From Eledone cirrhosa (taxonomy: Eukaryota), in contig OZ024740.1 in the NCBI GenBank assembly GCA_964016885.1, positions 330,212,001 to 330,276,000 on the forward strand: DNA of 64,000 nt. Direction: 5' to 3'. The notes below the pieces were generated by a model. It did no database searches and was not told the origin of the DNA. It saw only the letters and a program-made list of their open reading frames with translations. Made by a program: the position numbers and the translations under genes. Of this stretch, positions 39,450-53,667 are shown in pieces. Each line of letters starts with the position of its first letter. The first letter of the stretch is position 1.

Positions 39450-41200
39450 TCAGTCTTATCTGTATACCAGTCTTGAATTCAGTAGCAACTGTTTGCTCTC
39501 TTTCATTTTTTTTTCAACGAGTTCCAGCATCAATTCGTTTGTTGTATTAAGATATGTTGTTGTGGTGTTTTATGTAAGAAAATTCAAACTGAATAAGCCA
39601 CAGCCCACTTGCTTCATGTCATGAGAGAGTGTGTGCATATATTTATGCGTCACCAAGAAAATCACGTTAATTCACCGATTTTCCAGTTCAACACATTGAG
39701 ACTATAACAAACACCTTTAACTGCTAACGAATTTAGGGCTAACACCCTGTTATATGCGTTTAGCTCATATGTTAGAGCTGCTCATACTCTCTTATAACTG
39801 ATCTTCTCATCCATGTGTGCAAGCTGAATTCCTGGGCCTTAATTTATAACTAGGTATTTAATGGTTTGTTCCTATTCGAGTGCTTTTCAGGCTGTTTCAA
39901 AATGTTATTAGAATGAAACTGATTTTATCAACTTTTATGAACCATTTCTTGAAATTGGACTTGACACACTTATAAGCACCAAAGTCTGCACCGATTACGT
40001 CGGTATATGCTTTCAGTGTGCGTTAACAATCACAAACCACATCATTGTCTTAGTGATATAATTTTAAGTCATCCGTATGAAATAGATGTCTTTTATTCTT
40101 GTAAATGTTATAGCCATGCCTTGTGCTGTTAAGGTGCGTAGAAGGGATATTTGACGTATTTAAAAAGATATTGTTGAATGTGAGTCATTTTGAAAAAAGC
40201 TACAATTGATGCAATTTTGTTTTAACTGAATACTTCAGTGTTGGAGATTCGTTTCCCACAATATCATATTCTGTTTCAGAAATTTGAATTAAAGAAGACC
40301 TTTTCATCTTCTGATCACTCTAAATCTTTCTCCAACAATTTTCAACTACTTCCAGGAGAAGTTTCAATAATTAATTTATCCTTCCCTATTTCTCTTTAAA
40401 ATGATTGACATTTGATGTGAACACCTTATTTTGATCGTAAAAATTGCTTCTTTTCTCAAACGTGCGTATGTTTCCAACTTTTATATGGACATTTTATTTC
40501 ATTTTTGATTTATCAGGTGTTATATTGATGAAAATCCATATTTTCATTTCATTTCCTTTTCCTTTCTGGATCTTTTATTATTTGCAGAGATTATTTCATT
40601 TAATATTTTTCTTTCCCCTCGAATTAAATCAGTCTCTTTTGCAATCTCACTTCTTCCGTGTTGTTTTCTTAAGTTTGGTTATCATTGTTTATTTTATGGC
40701 ATACAGTTCGTTTCAATTACCTTATAAGATGCGTCAAAAATTCCATTTATCTCAGTAAGATCAGGTACCTATTCTTGTATGCTTTCAATTGTGGCATATC
40801 TACCGATTTGTATTTGTTTTAATTTTATTTTCGTTCGTATTTAAAAGTGTTTGAAGTGGTTCTCTTTCATTCATACTTGTACGTCTTGCAACTGCAGGCT
40901 TATACACAATTTCCCGCTTCATTTCCATCATAGACTCTATTATAGTCAGTAAATATTAGTCTTCAAATTCTGTTTCTGTTCAGCGTTCCTGGCTATTTAC
41001 ATTCGGTTCACTAGAATTTCTTAATTCTTTTCTCCCTTGCATGATTTTGTCAGATGGCAGCGTTTTAATTATGTCTGGCTTCTGGCTATTCTTTTCCTCT
41101 GCTTGATCATTTCTTTCCAGTCTTCTATTTAGTTCATTTTCCACTGCGTACCTAATCGCAATTGAGTCCAAACAATACGCCTGTTATTTCTGAAGAAATC
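39450..41200 (-). pseudogene. Highly degenerate R4/Dong-like non-LTR retrotransposon
   Basis: Minus-strand remnants FFQNDS (about 40190) and HLFHTDDLK (40062-40088). Boundaries are approximate. Confidence 0.55.
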
Positions 41201-42756
41201 TCTCCTAATGTTTGCGTCCTACCTATTCAACATATTCTGAAAGCCTTTGCGGTGTGCCTCCCTCAAGATGGGTTATCTAATGCATAGCAATTTGCGTAAA
41301 TTACATCTTTATAGGTTTCGCGGTGAAATGTGATCCTTTTTTTCGGGGAGGGTGGGGGCTATAAGAAAATGCATCAAAGTAGGTTTAAATTTTTCTAATA
41401 TTTTCGGGAAATAGAAAAACTATTTCTATTATAGAATACTACAAGTACTACAGAAACACTTCATTATTAGGGTATATGAGTCCCAATAACGGAAAGTGGA
41501 CATCGACACGGGTGGGAATGTTCATTTGTTTTAGTTATAGGGATTTATATGCCCTAATATTAAACGTTTTACATTTATCAATGTACGTTGGAAATTTCTA
41601 ATCCTAGTTTCATAACATCCATCTACTACCGTATTCTGATTCACACGTATTTCAATATTTATAACATAATATATTTCTGTTTCGTTGTATTATAATATTT
41701 TAATTACAACACAATCTGTATACCCAGGCAGACTACGTACGTATGTAAAAGGTACTTTGATCAGGTAGTTTGCACAATATAGTTACCAGATTTGAAAGCT
41801 ACCAAGGAGTATATTGAGATTGCCTTAGTTATGAATAATTTTAGATACAATAAACTACTATATGATAAACCGCGAGAAAATTAGCACAAATGAAGTTTAG
41901 TATATCTTATATATTTGAATGGAGAAAAGGCCGCTTCTAAAGAGGACACTTTGCATTTCCTCATAATAAATTCAGAATATATGTAACACATTGTTGTTTT
42001 TTTTATTATTACAGATGACTCATACTAGTGCAATATAATATAATGAGCTTAACAGGGTGCAAATATCAGAATTTTCAGTGGTGTTAGAAAATGGAACAGG
42101 ATACATTATGGCAAAATTAAACTTGCCTCTCAATACTTTTATATTCTCAAGCCATTCAGATCCACTTAGTATGTCATTGCTTCTGATTACAACATAATGA
42201 CCAATATTATTGTCAAACGTTCTTCTCTCTTTTACCCAGAAAGAGATGGCCTCTGTTAGGGTTAAATATTTGAGACACGACAGAAGTCAATACACCAGTT
42301 ATACAGCACTACCAGCCCGACCAGCACTTCAGTAATCAAACAATAGAGGAAGGAAGTATGGTATTTAATCCCAAGCCTGCAATAAGACAATCCTACTTTG
42401 GTTTAGTATTTGAAATTAAGATAATTTTTGGTAATTCCTGTAATAAGTTTATACGAACCAAACGTAAGTTTTTTTGTGTGAGACCGATGGTAAGCGAATT
42501 CCTATAAGGCCGAATACGATTTGTTGTATTGTATTTTACGCCGGTACATAAACTTAAGAAATAAGTCCGGAGATGTTTGCGCATTAGACCATAATGTAAT
42601 GAATTGCATAGAGAAATTTGCCAGACGAAGATTAATTTATAGATATACAGATTTTTCCAAAATAGAAATATAGCAACATGATAACTTAACAAACGTCCTG
42701 TTAATTCTCATATCTGTGAAAATTTATAAAATGAATTAGCGCATTAAAGTGCTGCA

Positions 42757-42930
42757 TCAGTATCGGTAGAGGGTCGGACGCCATGCTTTTCAGCACAGTT
42801 ACGGATTGAGTTCAAATCCCGCCAAGGTTAACTTTGCCTTTCTTCCTTACGGAATCGATAAAATAAAGTACCAGTAATTCACTGGGATAATTGCTGGTCT
42901 TGTGCCAAAAGTAGAAACAATTATTAATTA
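42757..42930 (+). mobile_element. tRNA-derived SINE (other copies 48450-48653 and 53680-53835)
   Basis: gagttcaaatcccgcc B-box-like motif, then ctttgcctttc..cctt..cgg..tcgataaaataaagtaccagt and a tta tail. Confidence 0.8.
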
Positions 42931-43806
42931 TGATACATTTTAATGATTGGTTGATACACGATTCATGAAAGCTTACGCATATACAGAAGTAATTGTACCT
43001 ATATTCTCAACATCAGGTTTTCCTGAATTCGCATAGCTGACGACCATCTTGAATATTTTTTCCATATTCCAATAAATTTAAATAGTACTGAACTATCAAA
43101 ACTTATTTTAAAGAAGGCATTCTATATTTAGAACGGTAAAACAAGTCATGTGGGTAATATCTGTTTCAGTTTCACATATATGTAGGAAATGAATTAAATA
43201 AGATAATGTAGTACATAATCATTACTTTACAGAATATGAACTGCAATTTCGTTATGAAGTAATTGATGGAAATCATATGCTAAAATATTTTTAAATGAAT
43301 TTCTTAGGAATTTCTAGTGTAAACATATAATATTTCATTTTGTTGAATAATATTCAAATTTGATTCATAATTAAATACACACACAGATACATTTTTCAAT
43401 ATTCTTGCTCAATCTATAACTGAGTACAGAACTCCTGTGGTACGTTTTCCACCTTGATAAGACAAAAATATGTCGAATGCATTTAGCCCCTCTCTCATCA
43501 TTTCTTATATCCTTTAGAGTGGCTGCCTAATCTATCCACAGAGATCCCCAGACAAAGCGATTAGATGTCACAGAATGGTAGAACGAAATATATAAGCGTA
43601 TATATATGTTTATATCAATACAATTAACATTTAATTTTGTTTACATTCGCTTAATTAACATCCAAATATCCCCTAAATAATTAATGTGTTTACGTTTGTA
43701 TACTTCTTTTTTTATGTGTAAGGGCACAAACATGCAGACACACACACACACAGACAAAAGGATTCAGCTTACATTTACACACACACACACACACACACAC
43801 TCACAC

Positions 43807-43871
<65 letters not shown>

Positions 43872-44529
43872 CAAGAAAACGAAATATCAGTAATGCATCT
43901 GGACTTAGTTTATTTCGTGTTACAAATGTTTCGCCGGCATCTAGCTCGAGTCATGGTCCGTGTATAGATCTGGTTGATTCTACTCCTGCGGGTGCTTTCA
44001 GACACGGGTGTTATGTTCGGAGCGAATTTTATCACTGGGGTGTTGTCATCAAAACAACACCCTCAAAAAACCCTCTATCCACTCTTGTAATGCCATTGGC
44101 TGTTTTTACTCACGTCATCACAAGTTCTGGTCAGTATCTGCTGCCACAAGTTCATCAACCATTTTCCGTCCGACACATTTCAATGGAGTCATGCTGGGTT
44201 CAGTACTTCACACGTCTGCTCACACTTCAGGGTAAGCACCCAAACATACTAGAATAAACACATAATAACACACACATATTCAGACACATACCTATCTATG
44301 CATTCACACTCATACGTTTACATGCGCAGACACCCACACGGCCACATACATACATCGCAGTATATATACTCACACATCCTCTCTCCCTCACTCCCATAGA
44401 CCGTGTCACACACACTTCTGACTGTTCTGTATCAATTGGGTAAGCATGTACTATTCAAACGTACACATATATACACACACACACATGCGGGCGCACACAC
44501 ATATACGGCGAACCTTCTATACATTTAAA

Positions 44530-45135
44530 TATATATATGGTGGCTGCCAACTCGTTTTCGAGTATGGCCACTACTTTATATCCATGTAGGAGAACCCCCA
44601 CCGATGCGCTGAACGAGTGTGACTTCTTAGTCCAGCCAGCGACTTGAAAACTCTGGTACAAACACTACACTTGTGACAATTATTGACACTTAGTGCTGGA
44701 CACATGGTACCATATGACGACAAGTGCAGAGATCTCCAGATATAAAGCAATGCCTGTGCCGTGAAGCTTTTATAGTGAACAAAGGCACTGCACAAAGCCA
44801 GTCCCACTCGCTTAACCAAGATGATATTTACCAAAAAGAAGAACAAGTCAACATCATTGGATACCATCAGAGTTGCAGGTGTTATATCAGAGTTTTCCAT
44901 CTCCTAGAATTCTGCGTTGACAAAGGCTCAGGGGTCATCTCCCCCGGTGATTTTGGATGGCCATTGATTCTTAAGAGCTCCTTTGCTCTTTGACAGGTTT
45001 TGTTTTTAGTCCTGCAGGATGTCCAAAGTCACCCTCCTCACCAAGAATCCTTGGTGGGGTTGCCAGTTTAGTCGCCAACGACCAGGTTGTACTGGGATAC
45101 ATGTTACCAGTAGCACCAACTGGTGACCTGACATA
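44530..45135 (-). mobile_element. ~600-bp non-autonomous RTE-like element (copies 62830-63440 and, diverged, 51665-52185)
   Basis: The 3' end encodes CSVCTRVFKSLAGLRSHTRSAH, resembling the RTE C-terminal C2H2. No RT. Same ends in all three copies, with TA flanks. Confidence 0.7.
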
Positions 45136-45227
45136 TATATATACACGCTCATACATACACACATACATTCACATATATGCATATATACACACCTGCGCAT
45201 ACACGCATATATATAAACACTTAGGAT

Positions 45228-45290
45228 TTTTTCATTCTGATGAATGAAAGCAAATATCGTTTGCTTTCAAGAAACCACTGGTAAACGAAA
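45228..45290 (+). ncRNA. Type I hammerhead ribozyme (mirror copy 49441-49500, minus strand)
   Basis: tttcatt|ctgatga|a tgaaagcaaa tatcg tttgctttca a|gaaa|cca c tgg|ta|aacgaaa. Confidence 0.75.
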
Positions 45291-45465
45291 TAATTATTTT
45301 ATGGTGTTCATTAGATAACTATATGTATATATATACATATACATATATACACACACATACATACATACACACACATATATACACAAACATTAACTCACGC
45401 ATATCCGCACACACATACGAACACATACGTACATAAACATTGCCTCCACACGTACCCCCCCCCCC

Positions 45466-45502
<37 letters not shown>

Positions 45503-47279
45503 CGTAGACACAAAAAAGGAAAAAGGACAACTTAACATGCATACGCACATCCACACATATACATACAAATACCCACGCATAGGCCGATATACATACATCT
45601 ACACATGCGTACGTATACATGCTACCGCATGTGTGCACCTGAAACGCATACACATCTTCCTACACACACAGAAGTGCCACCGCATATACATGTACATATA
45701 TAAACACACCTGTAAGTGAACAGTTGGAAATACATTATGCAATAAAAAACAGTATAATAACATAAAACAGTATAATAACATAAAGCAGTGTAATAACATA
45801 AGAACAATATACAATGAAATATATTATATACAATGTGGTATATATTTATATACACACATACATATATATACTTATATATATATATACATATATATATATA
45901 TTTATATCCCCCTATTATACACACATACACACACACACGCGCACACAAACGCACCTACGTATATATACACACACATATACAGACGCACACGTACACAGAC
46001 TCATACGTACATATACGCATATATACGGGTATGTATAGAGGGTATGTGATAAAATAATACCACATGAATAATAATAATAATAATGAAAAAAAAAATATAG
46101 TCCATATATAAACATCCGCACACATTCCCAAGAGATGCACATGAACACATATGTATGCACAAACACATATACACACATATAGAGGCCCGTAAATGCATGC
46201 ACCTGCACCTACACACACATCCACATATACACACCCATACACATCTACACATATATACACACACTTACCCGCACGCACACACACACACCTACTCATATGT
46301 GGCTATACGTACTTACTCACTCATACACATATAGACATAGATATATATATATATATGTATGTATACATATATATGTTCTAATATAGACGCACGTATACCC
46401 CCCCCCCCCCCCACATACACATACACCCACATTCTGTCACATATGTATATATATGCACATGCCTGCACATACAGGCGCGCATAAGCTCGTGCACCCACGC
46501 ACCCAAGCCCATACACACACCCCAACACCCACCCACGCATATATATACACATACATACGCATCTACACACACACATACGCACATATACCCACATACATGT
46601 GTCCACTCATAAAAAAAAATCGTGAACATAAACACAATATGATAATAAAATAAAATATGTAAATAAATTTACAATATTTTAGGGAACATTAAATGTGTAT
46701 GTAACTGCATAAAGGTACAGGAAAAGAAAGGGTAAAATAAAGGAACAAGTAAAATAAAAGAGAAAAAAAAGAAAAAAACGAAAAAGACGGGAGGGGGGAG
46801 GTGTATGAGAAGGTGCATGCGTCCATGTGACGTACTACACACAGGTATTATGAGATGCAGGCTCGTGTCCGTGTATACAAGAGGTAACAGTAACAAAAGA
46901 ATGATATAACAATATTAACTATCACTTTTCCAAAGTGGGGTAGGTGTAGAGTATATAGTCACGATTGACGGTGTACACATTCAATGTGACGCACGCCACG
47001 GTCGCCATGGGGCATGGCACCGTGTCTGGGGTGTGCTGTTCTAAACGTTTAGTGCACAGGTCCGGGCGGCAGTGGGCCCCCTGTCAGCCCGTCCCGGCCC
47101 ATGCGGTGCCTCTTCCAATGTTGCGTGCCCGGTCACGTGCGCACCCGGTCTACATATGATTGCCACGCGGGTCGGACGTCGTCATCATGGTATGTCATCA
47201 GGTCCCCTAATCGCGCTAGGCCAATCGGGTCTGTACTTTCTCATTCTCGTGCCCCCTGGCTGCGTCACCCGGCGGATTC

Positions 47280-47546
47280 CATGTTGCAAAATTACATCTT
47301 CTCTGGTGTCTGCATGTCATGATAATTTCAGACTTCAGATTGACGGCGTCATCCTTCAGTCTCCATGGCCTCGTGTAGGCACAAGCGGCACTTTCTACTT
47401 CCGGCCGAATATGCACGCGCGTGGCGAACGATACTCCATTCCAGGGCGTATGGGGTGCCGTGGTCTTTCAAATCCCACACGAGGTCCGCTAACCTAGTGG
47501 AGTGCCTTTTGCTACGGTCCCTGAAGGAATTCGTGTCATTATACAT
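47280..47546 (-). pseudogene. C-terminal half of a PLE GIY-YIG endonuclease (a different clade from 343-5422)
   Basis: SFRDRSKRHSTRLADLVWDLKD...LEWSIVRHARAYSAGSRKCRLCLHE, then frameshifted NLKSEIIMTCRHQRR. Confidence 0.8.
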
Positions 47547-48614
47547 CCGCGATTTAAATATCGGACATAATACATGGACGCACGCACCTTCTCATACAAC
47601 CCGCCCCCGCTTTTTTCGTTTTTTTCGTTTTTTTTTCTCTTTTATTTTACCCGTTCCTTTATTTTAACCCTTCTTTTCGTGTACCTTTATGCAGTTACAT
47701 ACAGATTTAATGTACCCTAAAATATTGTAAATTAATTTACATATTTTATTATCATATTGTGTTTATGTTCACGAGTTTTTTTTATGTGTGGACACATGTG
47801 TGTGGGTATATGTGCGTGTGTGTGTGTGTAGATGCGTATGTATGTGTATATATATGCGTGGGTGGGTGTTGGGGTGTGTGTATGGGCTTGGGTGCGTGGG
47901 TGCACGAGCTTATGCGCGCCTGTATGAACAGACATGTGCATATATATACATATGTGGCAGAATGTGGGTGTATGTGTGTGCATGTGGGGGGTGTATACAT
48001 GTGTCTATATTTGAGCATATATATGTATACATATATATATATATCTATGTCTATATGTGTATGAGTGAGTAAGTGCGTATAGCCACATATGAGTAGGTGT
48101 GTGTGTGTGCGGGCGGGTAAGTGTGTGTATATATGTGTAGATGTGTATGGGTGTGTATATGTGGATGTGTGTGTAGGTGCAGGTGCATGCATTTACGGGC
48201 CTCTATATGTGTGTATATGTATTTGTGCATACATATATGTGTTCCTGTGCATCTCTTGGGAATGTGTGCGGATGTTTATATATGGACTATATATAAACAT
48301 TCAGTATCGGTAGAACGTCGGACGCCATGCTTTCCAGCATAGTTACGTCCCTTTACGGTCTGAGTGATAACATGATAACTTAACAAACGTTCTGTTAATT
48401 CTCATATCTGTGAACATTTAGAAAATGAATTAGTGCATTAAAGTGCTGCATCAGTATCGGTAGAGGGTCGGACGCCATGCTTTTCAGCACAGTTACGGAT
48501 TTAATTTCAAATCCCGCCAAGGATAACTTTGCCTTTTATCCTTACGAGGTCGATAAAATAAAGTACCAGTAATCTACTGGGTAATTTGGTGGCCTTGTGC
48601 CAAAAGTAGAAACA

Positions 48615-48655
<41 letters not shown>

Positions 48656-48814
48656 TGTTGTATTATTTTATCACATACCCTCTATACATACCATTATATA
48701 TGCGTATATGTACGTATGAGTCTGTGTACGTGTGCGTCTGTGTATGTGTGTGTATATATATACGTAGGTGCGTGCGTGTGTGCGTGTGTGTGTGTGTATG
48801 TGTGTATAATAGAT

Positions 48815-48890
<76 letters not shown>

Positions 48891-50271
48891 ATATGTATAT
48901 ATATGTATGTGTGTATGTAAATATATACCACATTGTATATAATATATTTCATTGTATATTTTTCTTATGTTATTACACTGCTTTATGTTATTATACTGTT
49001 TTATGTTATTATACTGTTTTTTATTGCATAATGTATTTCCAACTGTTCACTTACAGGTGTGTTTATATATGTACATGTATATGCGGTGGCACTTCTGTGT
49101 GTGTAGGAAGACGTGCATGCGTGCAGGTGTATACATGCGGCAGCATGTATTCGTACGCATGTGTAGATATATGTATATCGGCCTATGCGTAGGTATTTGT
49201 ACGTATATGTGTCGATGTGCGTATGCATGTTAAGTTGTCCTTTTTCCTTTTTTTGTGTGTATGTATGGGGGGTGGGTATGTGTGTAGGCAATGTTTATGT
49301 AAGTATGTGTTCGTATGTGTGTGCGGACATGTGTGAGTTTACGTTTGTGCATATATGTGTGTGTATATATGTATGTGTGTGTATCTATGTATATGTATAT
49401 ATATACATATAGTTATCTAATGAAAATCATAAGATAGTTATTTCGTTTACCAGTGGTTTCTTGAAAGCAAACGATATTTGCTTTCATTCATCAGATGAAA
49501 AAATCCTAAGTGTGTATATATATGTGTGTATGCGCAGGTGTGTGTGCGCGCATGTGTATGTGTATATATGTGTACGTTTGAATAGTACATGCTTACCCAA
49601 TTGATACAGAACAGTCACAAGGCTCGTGGCGGCATGTATCAACAAGTGTGTGTGACTGGGTCTATGGGCGTGAGGGAGAGAGGATGTATGAGTATATATA
49701 CTGCGATGTATGTATGTGGCCGTGTGGGTGTCTGCGCATGTAGACGTATGAGTGTGAATGCATAGATAGGTATGTGTCTGAATATGTGTGTGTTATTATG
49801 TGTTTATTCTAGTATGTGTGGGTGCTTACCCTGAAGTGAGAGCAGACGTGTGAAGTACTGAACCCAGCATGACTCCATTGAAATGTGTCGGACGCAAAAT
49901 GGTTGATGAACTTGTGGCAGCAGATACTGACCAGAACTTGTGATGACGTGAGTAAAAACTGCCAATGGCATGACAAGAGTGGATAGAGGTTTTTTTGAGG
50001 GTGTTGTTTTGATGACAACACCCCAGTGATAAAATTCGCTCCGAACATAACATCCGTGTCTGAAAGATCCGCAGAAGTAGAATCAGCCAGATCTATACAA
50101 GGACCATGATTCGAGCTACATGCCGGCGAAACATTTGTAACACGAAATAAATTAAATCCAGATGCATCACTGATTTTTCGTTTTCTTGATAATATATACA
50201 CTCTACTCTGATGAATACCGAGTGCTAATTTGGGCATACCGCCTACGGAAGCACCGTAGCTACCACTATAC

Positions 50272-50337
<66 letters not shown>

Positions 50338-52764
50338 GTTGGTGTGTATAGGTGTTGGTGGTTTGTGTGTGTGTTTTTGTATGTATGTATTAACTACATG
50401 TTTCTTATTTTAATTTGTTTGCTTTTGAAAAAGGAAATACAATGTATTAAAATTCCTAATTAGAAATATGTTTCTCTCAAAGAAAACATTGACTATAAAG
50501 TTTTTGGTAGCAAAATACTAAGAGCAGATACTAAGTGGGATTAAAACATTTATTTTTGCTTAGTCTTATGCAACACTATTGCTTCCACAACAGTGTGTAT
50601 CTGCAAAGTTAGACATTTTGAAACTGTCAAATCGGAAGTGTGATTAAAGTTGAAAGTTGTTGGAATTGTAGACTAAACATACCGGTGTAATAAAAGATTT
50701 CACAATTGATTACCTTTCTTCTATGAATTGAGATATTGTCATTGGTTTGAAGATATATAAAAGATTGGTAAAATTGGAGAAGGAACGCAGGTGGAGATGG
50801 TGCTGTTAAAATTCAACGTCATTACGACTCTGAAAATAGACTAGAGTGATTCTCTAAATTTTGTATCGCTATACAGTGGCAATAAACGAGAACGTCAAGA
50901 ATGTAAAGTAGGGGATTATCAGAGAGTGCAGTGATGTTAAACGCACAATTTCAACCATATATACTGTCTGTTGTTTAACATCATCTGCATATGACAAACT
51001 TTGCACTACCCAAGAGAAGGTTCAGCAAAAACGACATGATGAACAGCTCTATCGTCGCATACTGTATACATGGTACACATACCTGAAATACGGAAAAGTC
51101 TATTAAACTTTCAGTGTGACTGAAAATGTTATCCCTCGTTATTTTTACCTAATGCAGCATCATATTAATTTGTATTTTCGGTTTACGGAAGTCCTTTGTT
51201 GCCTATTTTGATCTGAAGTTCTTTCTTAGAATTAAAATTAGTTTTGTAATTTGAGGATTAATCTGATGAAATGGCATGAATAAAGCATACATTGATGTGA
51301 GAAAATAATGAAGAAATAGATGAAGTATGTCATGAAGCGCATTTGATCAGAAACTTGGCAAACACAAATGAAACATTCATAAAAAAATCTGGAATCCAAC
51401 ATGAGTAGCACCAGTAGATAGAATAACTCTGAGATGGATGGAAGCTATAAATAAAAAGTATATAACAAAATACAAGAATATTTTAAAAGGTCGATATGGA
51501 TTAAGACTTACTAACCAGTCATAATGTATTTTTATGAATAAAGTGGTATAAACAGTGACAGTGTAGTAATTAGTGATAATGTCTATTAATTCAGCAAATA
51601 CCAAGAGGAATTAGCTGTGGATTTTGCATTCATACACAGATACGCACTCAGAAAATATATACATATATGTTGGCTGCAAACTCTGCTAAGAGTATTGCAA
51701 TCGCTTGTCAAATTACAGAAAATGGTGCACCTTTAGGCTACAGTTAGCCAGACGAACCTGTAACAGATCTTGAACACGCAATGCCTGTGCTTCGAAGGTT
51801 TTTTAAGTAGGGAAAGGCCTTCCACTCGATTAATCCCACTCTCTAAGCATCGAAAACACAACCCGAAAAGGAGAAATGGTCAACATCAACAGATGCTTCC
51901 GAGGCCGCAGGTTATTTTTCAGATTTTCCCTCTCCTACAAAGGTGTTGTGACAACTAGGGGCATTTCACTCCCAGGAAAAAAGAAATGCAATTTGGATGG
52001 ACGTTGGCTCTGCTGAGTTCCTCCACCCTTTGCCGCGTTTTGTATTTATTCACGCAGGGTGTCCAAATATAATCCTCTTCACCATGCAAGCTTGGTGGGG
52101 TTGCCAGCTTAGACGCTGACGACCCGACCATGAGACAGGTTGCACTGGGTTACATGTTGCCAGTAGCACTTGAGAGAGACCAGACATATATAGATATAAA
52201 TATACATATATATATACGTGTATATAAACACACACATGTATACACACAGATACACACATATGTGTGTGTGAATGTGTGTGTGTGTGTGCATATGTATGTA
52301 TGTATATATATATGTATGATAGAAATTACGTATTTCGAAAGATACTGATTGCCTGCATCAGCCTTATACCAGTGACTGCTCGAATGTATATTTTTCGCAC
52401 GTAAATTTGGGATGTGGATTAGAAGGGTGAATAATGTAATTTTCCTGTAAGATATAGTCATTTTGAGTGAGGCCGTATGTGGTTTTATTCATTACATTCT
52501 TGGACAAATTTGCTTTTGTCTGGTCGTATTTATATTCAGTTTCAGGCAATTGAAGATCTTAATTATTTATAAGAATGCCAAACCGTGAAGCCATATGAAC
52601 TCAAATCACCATTGACAGGCCGCTGGCAAATACGTTCCTTTGTGGATTCGGGTATTATTACATAGGATTCGAGTAGATTTTCTTACTCAATGGTTAGACA
52701 ATTATCGGCCTTGATTACATATATAATATGAATCCCAATTATTCAGGTTAGTATATTCCGGTTA

Positions 52765-53667
52765 TCTATATTTATAAAACTGAGGATGTATGTCTGTGTG
52801 TGTGTGAGTTTGAATCCCTAAATCTCGAGAAGCAGCCAACCGACTGTTTTCAGACTTTACATATGTAATACTTATGTTTCAGGGAATGTTCTGAGCAAAA
52901 GAAATTTCAAATGTTCAATACCCTAGGGACCGCGTTAGGCGATTTAGTTATCTCTCACTATAATTCTTAGTCTTTCTCTTTTTAGATAGATGCATACATA
53001 TAACGCCACGTCCTTATAATATCTGTCTGTATGTCTGGCTGTCTCCATTACGTCACTTCCCTGAGTATGTCTGTCTGCGTGTGTGTGTCTCTGTGTCTGT
53101 GAGTTTGAATCCCTAAAACTCGTGAAGTACCCAACCAACTTTTTTCAAACTTTACATGTGTATTACGTATGTTTCAGGGAGTGTTTTGTATATAAAAAAT
53201 TTAACTTTTTCATCTCCTATGGCCCGCATTAGGTGAGAAACTGCGATGTTAAGCTTTTTAGAGCTTTTTTGAGACGGTGCGTGAGACCGATTTCTTGAAA
53301 TTGTAACTATGTATTAGTCAGTCTCTTCTTCATACCGTGAGCAAAGAAAATCGAATTTTTTTATAGGTGAAAAACTTAATTTTTTCAGCTTTTTAGGGCT
53401 TTTTGGAGGCGTTACGTCTAGCCGATTTTCCCGACATTTCAAGGCATATTATGCACATTAAAAAAAATTATTTTCTTGATCCCCTAGGGGAAAACCTGCA
53501 TATTTCCTGCTTCAGCGAGGAAAATCTTAAAGATTATCCAGCCATCAGAGTATTCGGTTTATTTTCTTTACATATTGTCCAAGCATGCAGTTTTTCCACG
53601 ATTAGGTCTGTTGGCGGCCCGCGTTCCAAAATACCCTATCCCGTGCAACGCCGGGTACCACTGCTAG
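52765..53667 (+). mobile_element. Non-autonomous Helitron
   Basis: A|TCTATAT... 5' end, subterminal hairpin cccg-tgcaacgc-cggg (53640-53655), CTAG|T 3' end, internal duplication (about 52790-52945 and 53085-53235). Confidence 0.8.

Larger units (their letters stand above)
43866..50197. repeat. ~6.3-kb inverted repeat (arms about 43866-46830 and 47570-50197) around a PLE endonuclease remnant; probably a 5'-truncated PLE with an inverted long pLTR
   Basis: The arms are reverse-complementary along their length apart from arm-specific insertions (44530-45135 left, 48300-48650 right). Both outer ends adjoin (TA)n. Confidence 0.88.

Noticed and set aside
42240-42356. Exon-like segment with a strong acceptor and a GTATGG donor
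   Set aside because: All three frames contain stops, so it cannot be supported as coding.
42757-42830. tRNA gene
   Set aside because: Only a B-box-like SINE head is present, with no cloverleaf.
47165-47210. HHR after the GIY-YIG tail (minus strand ggac-ctgatga-cat..atg..gtcc)
   Set aside because: There is no GAAA or stem III, so it is at best a decayed remnant.
45319-49412. Numerous YI/CV/HT-repeat ORFs
   Set aside because: They are translations of (TA)n and (CA)n microsatellites, as are similar ORFs elsewhere in the window.
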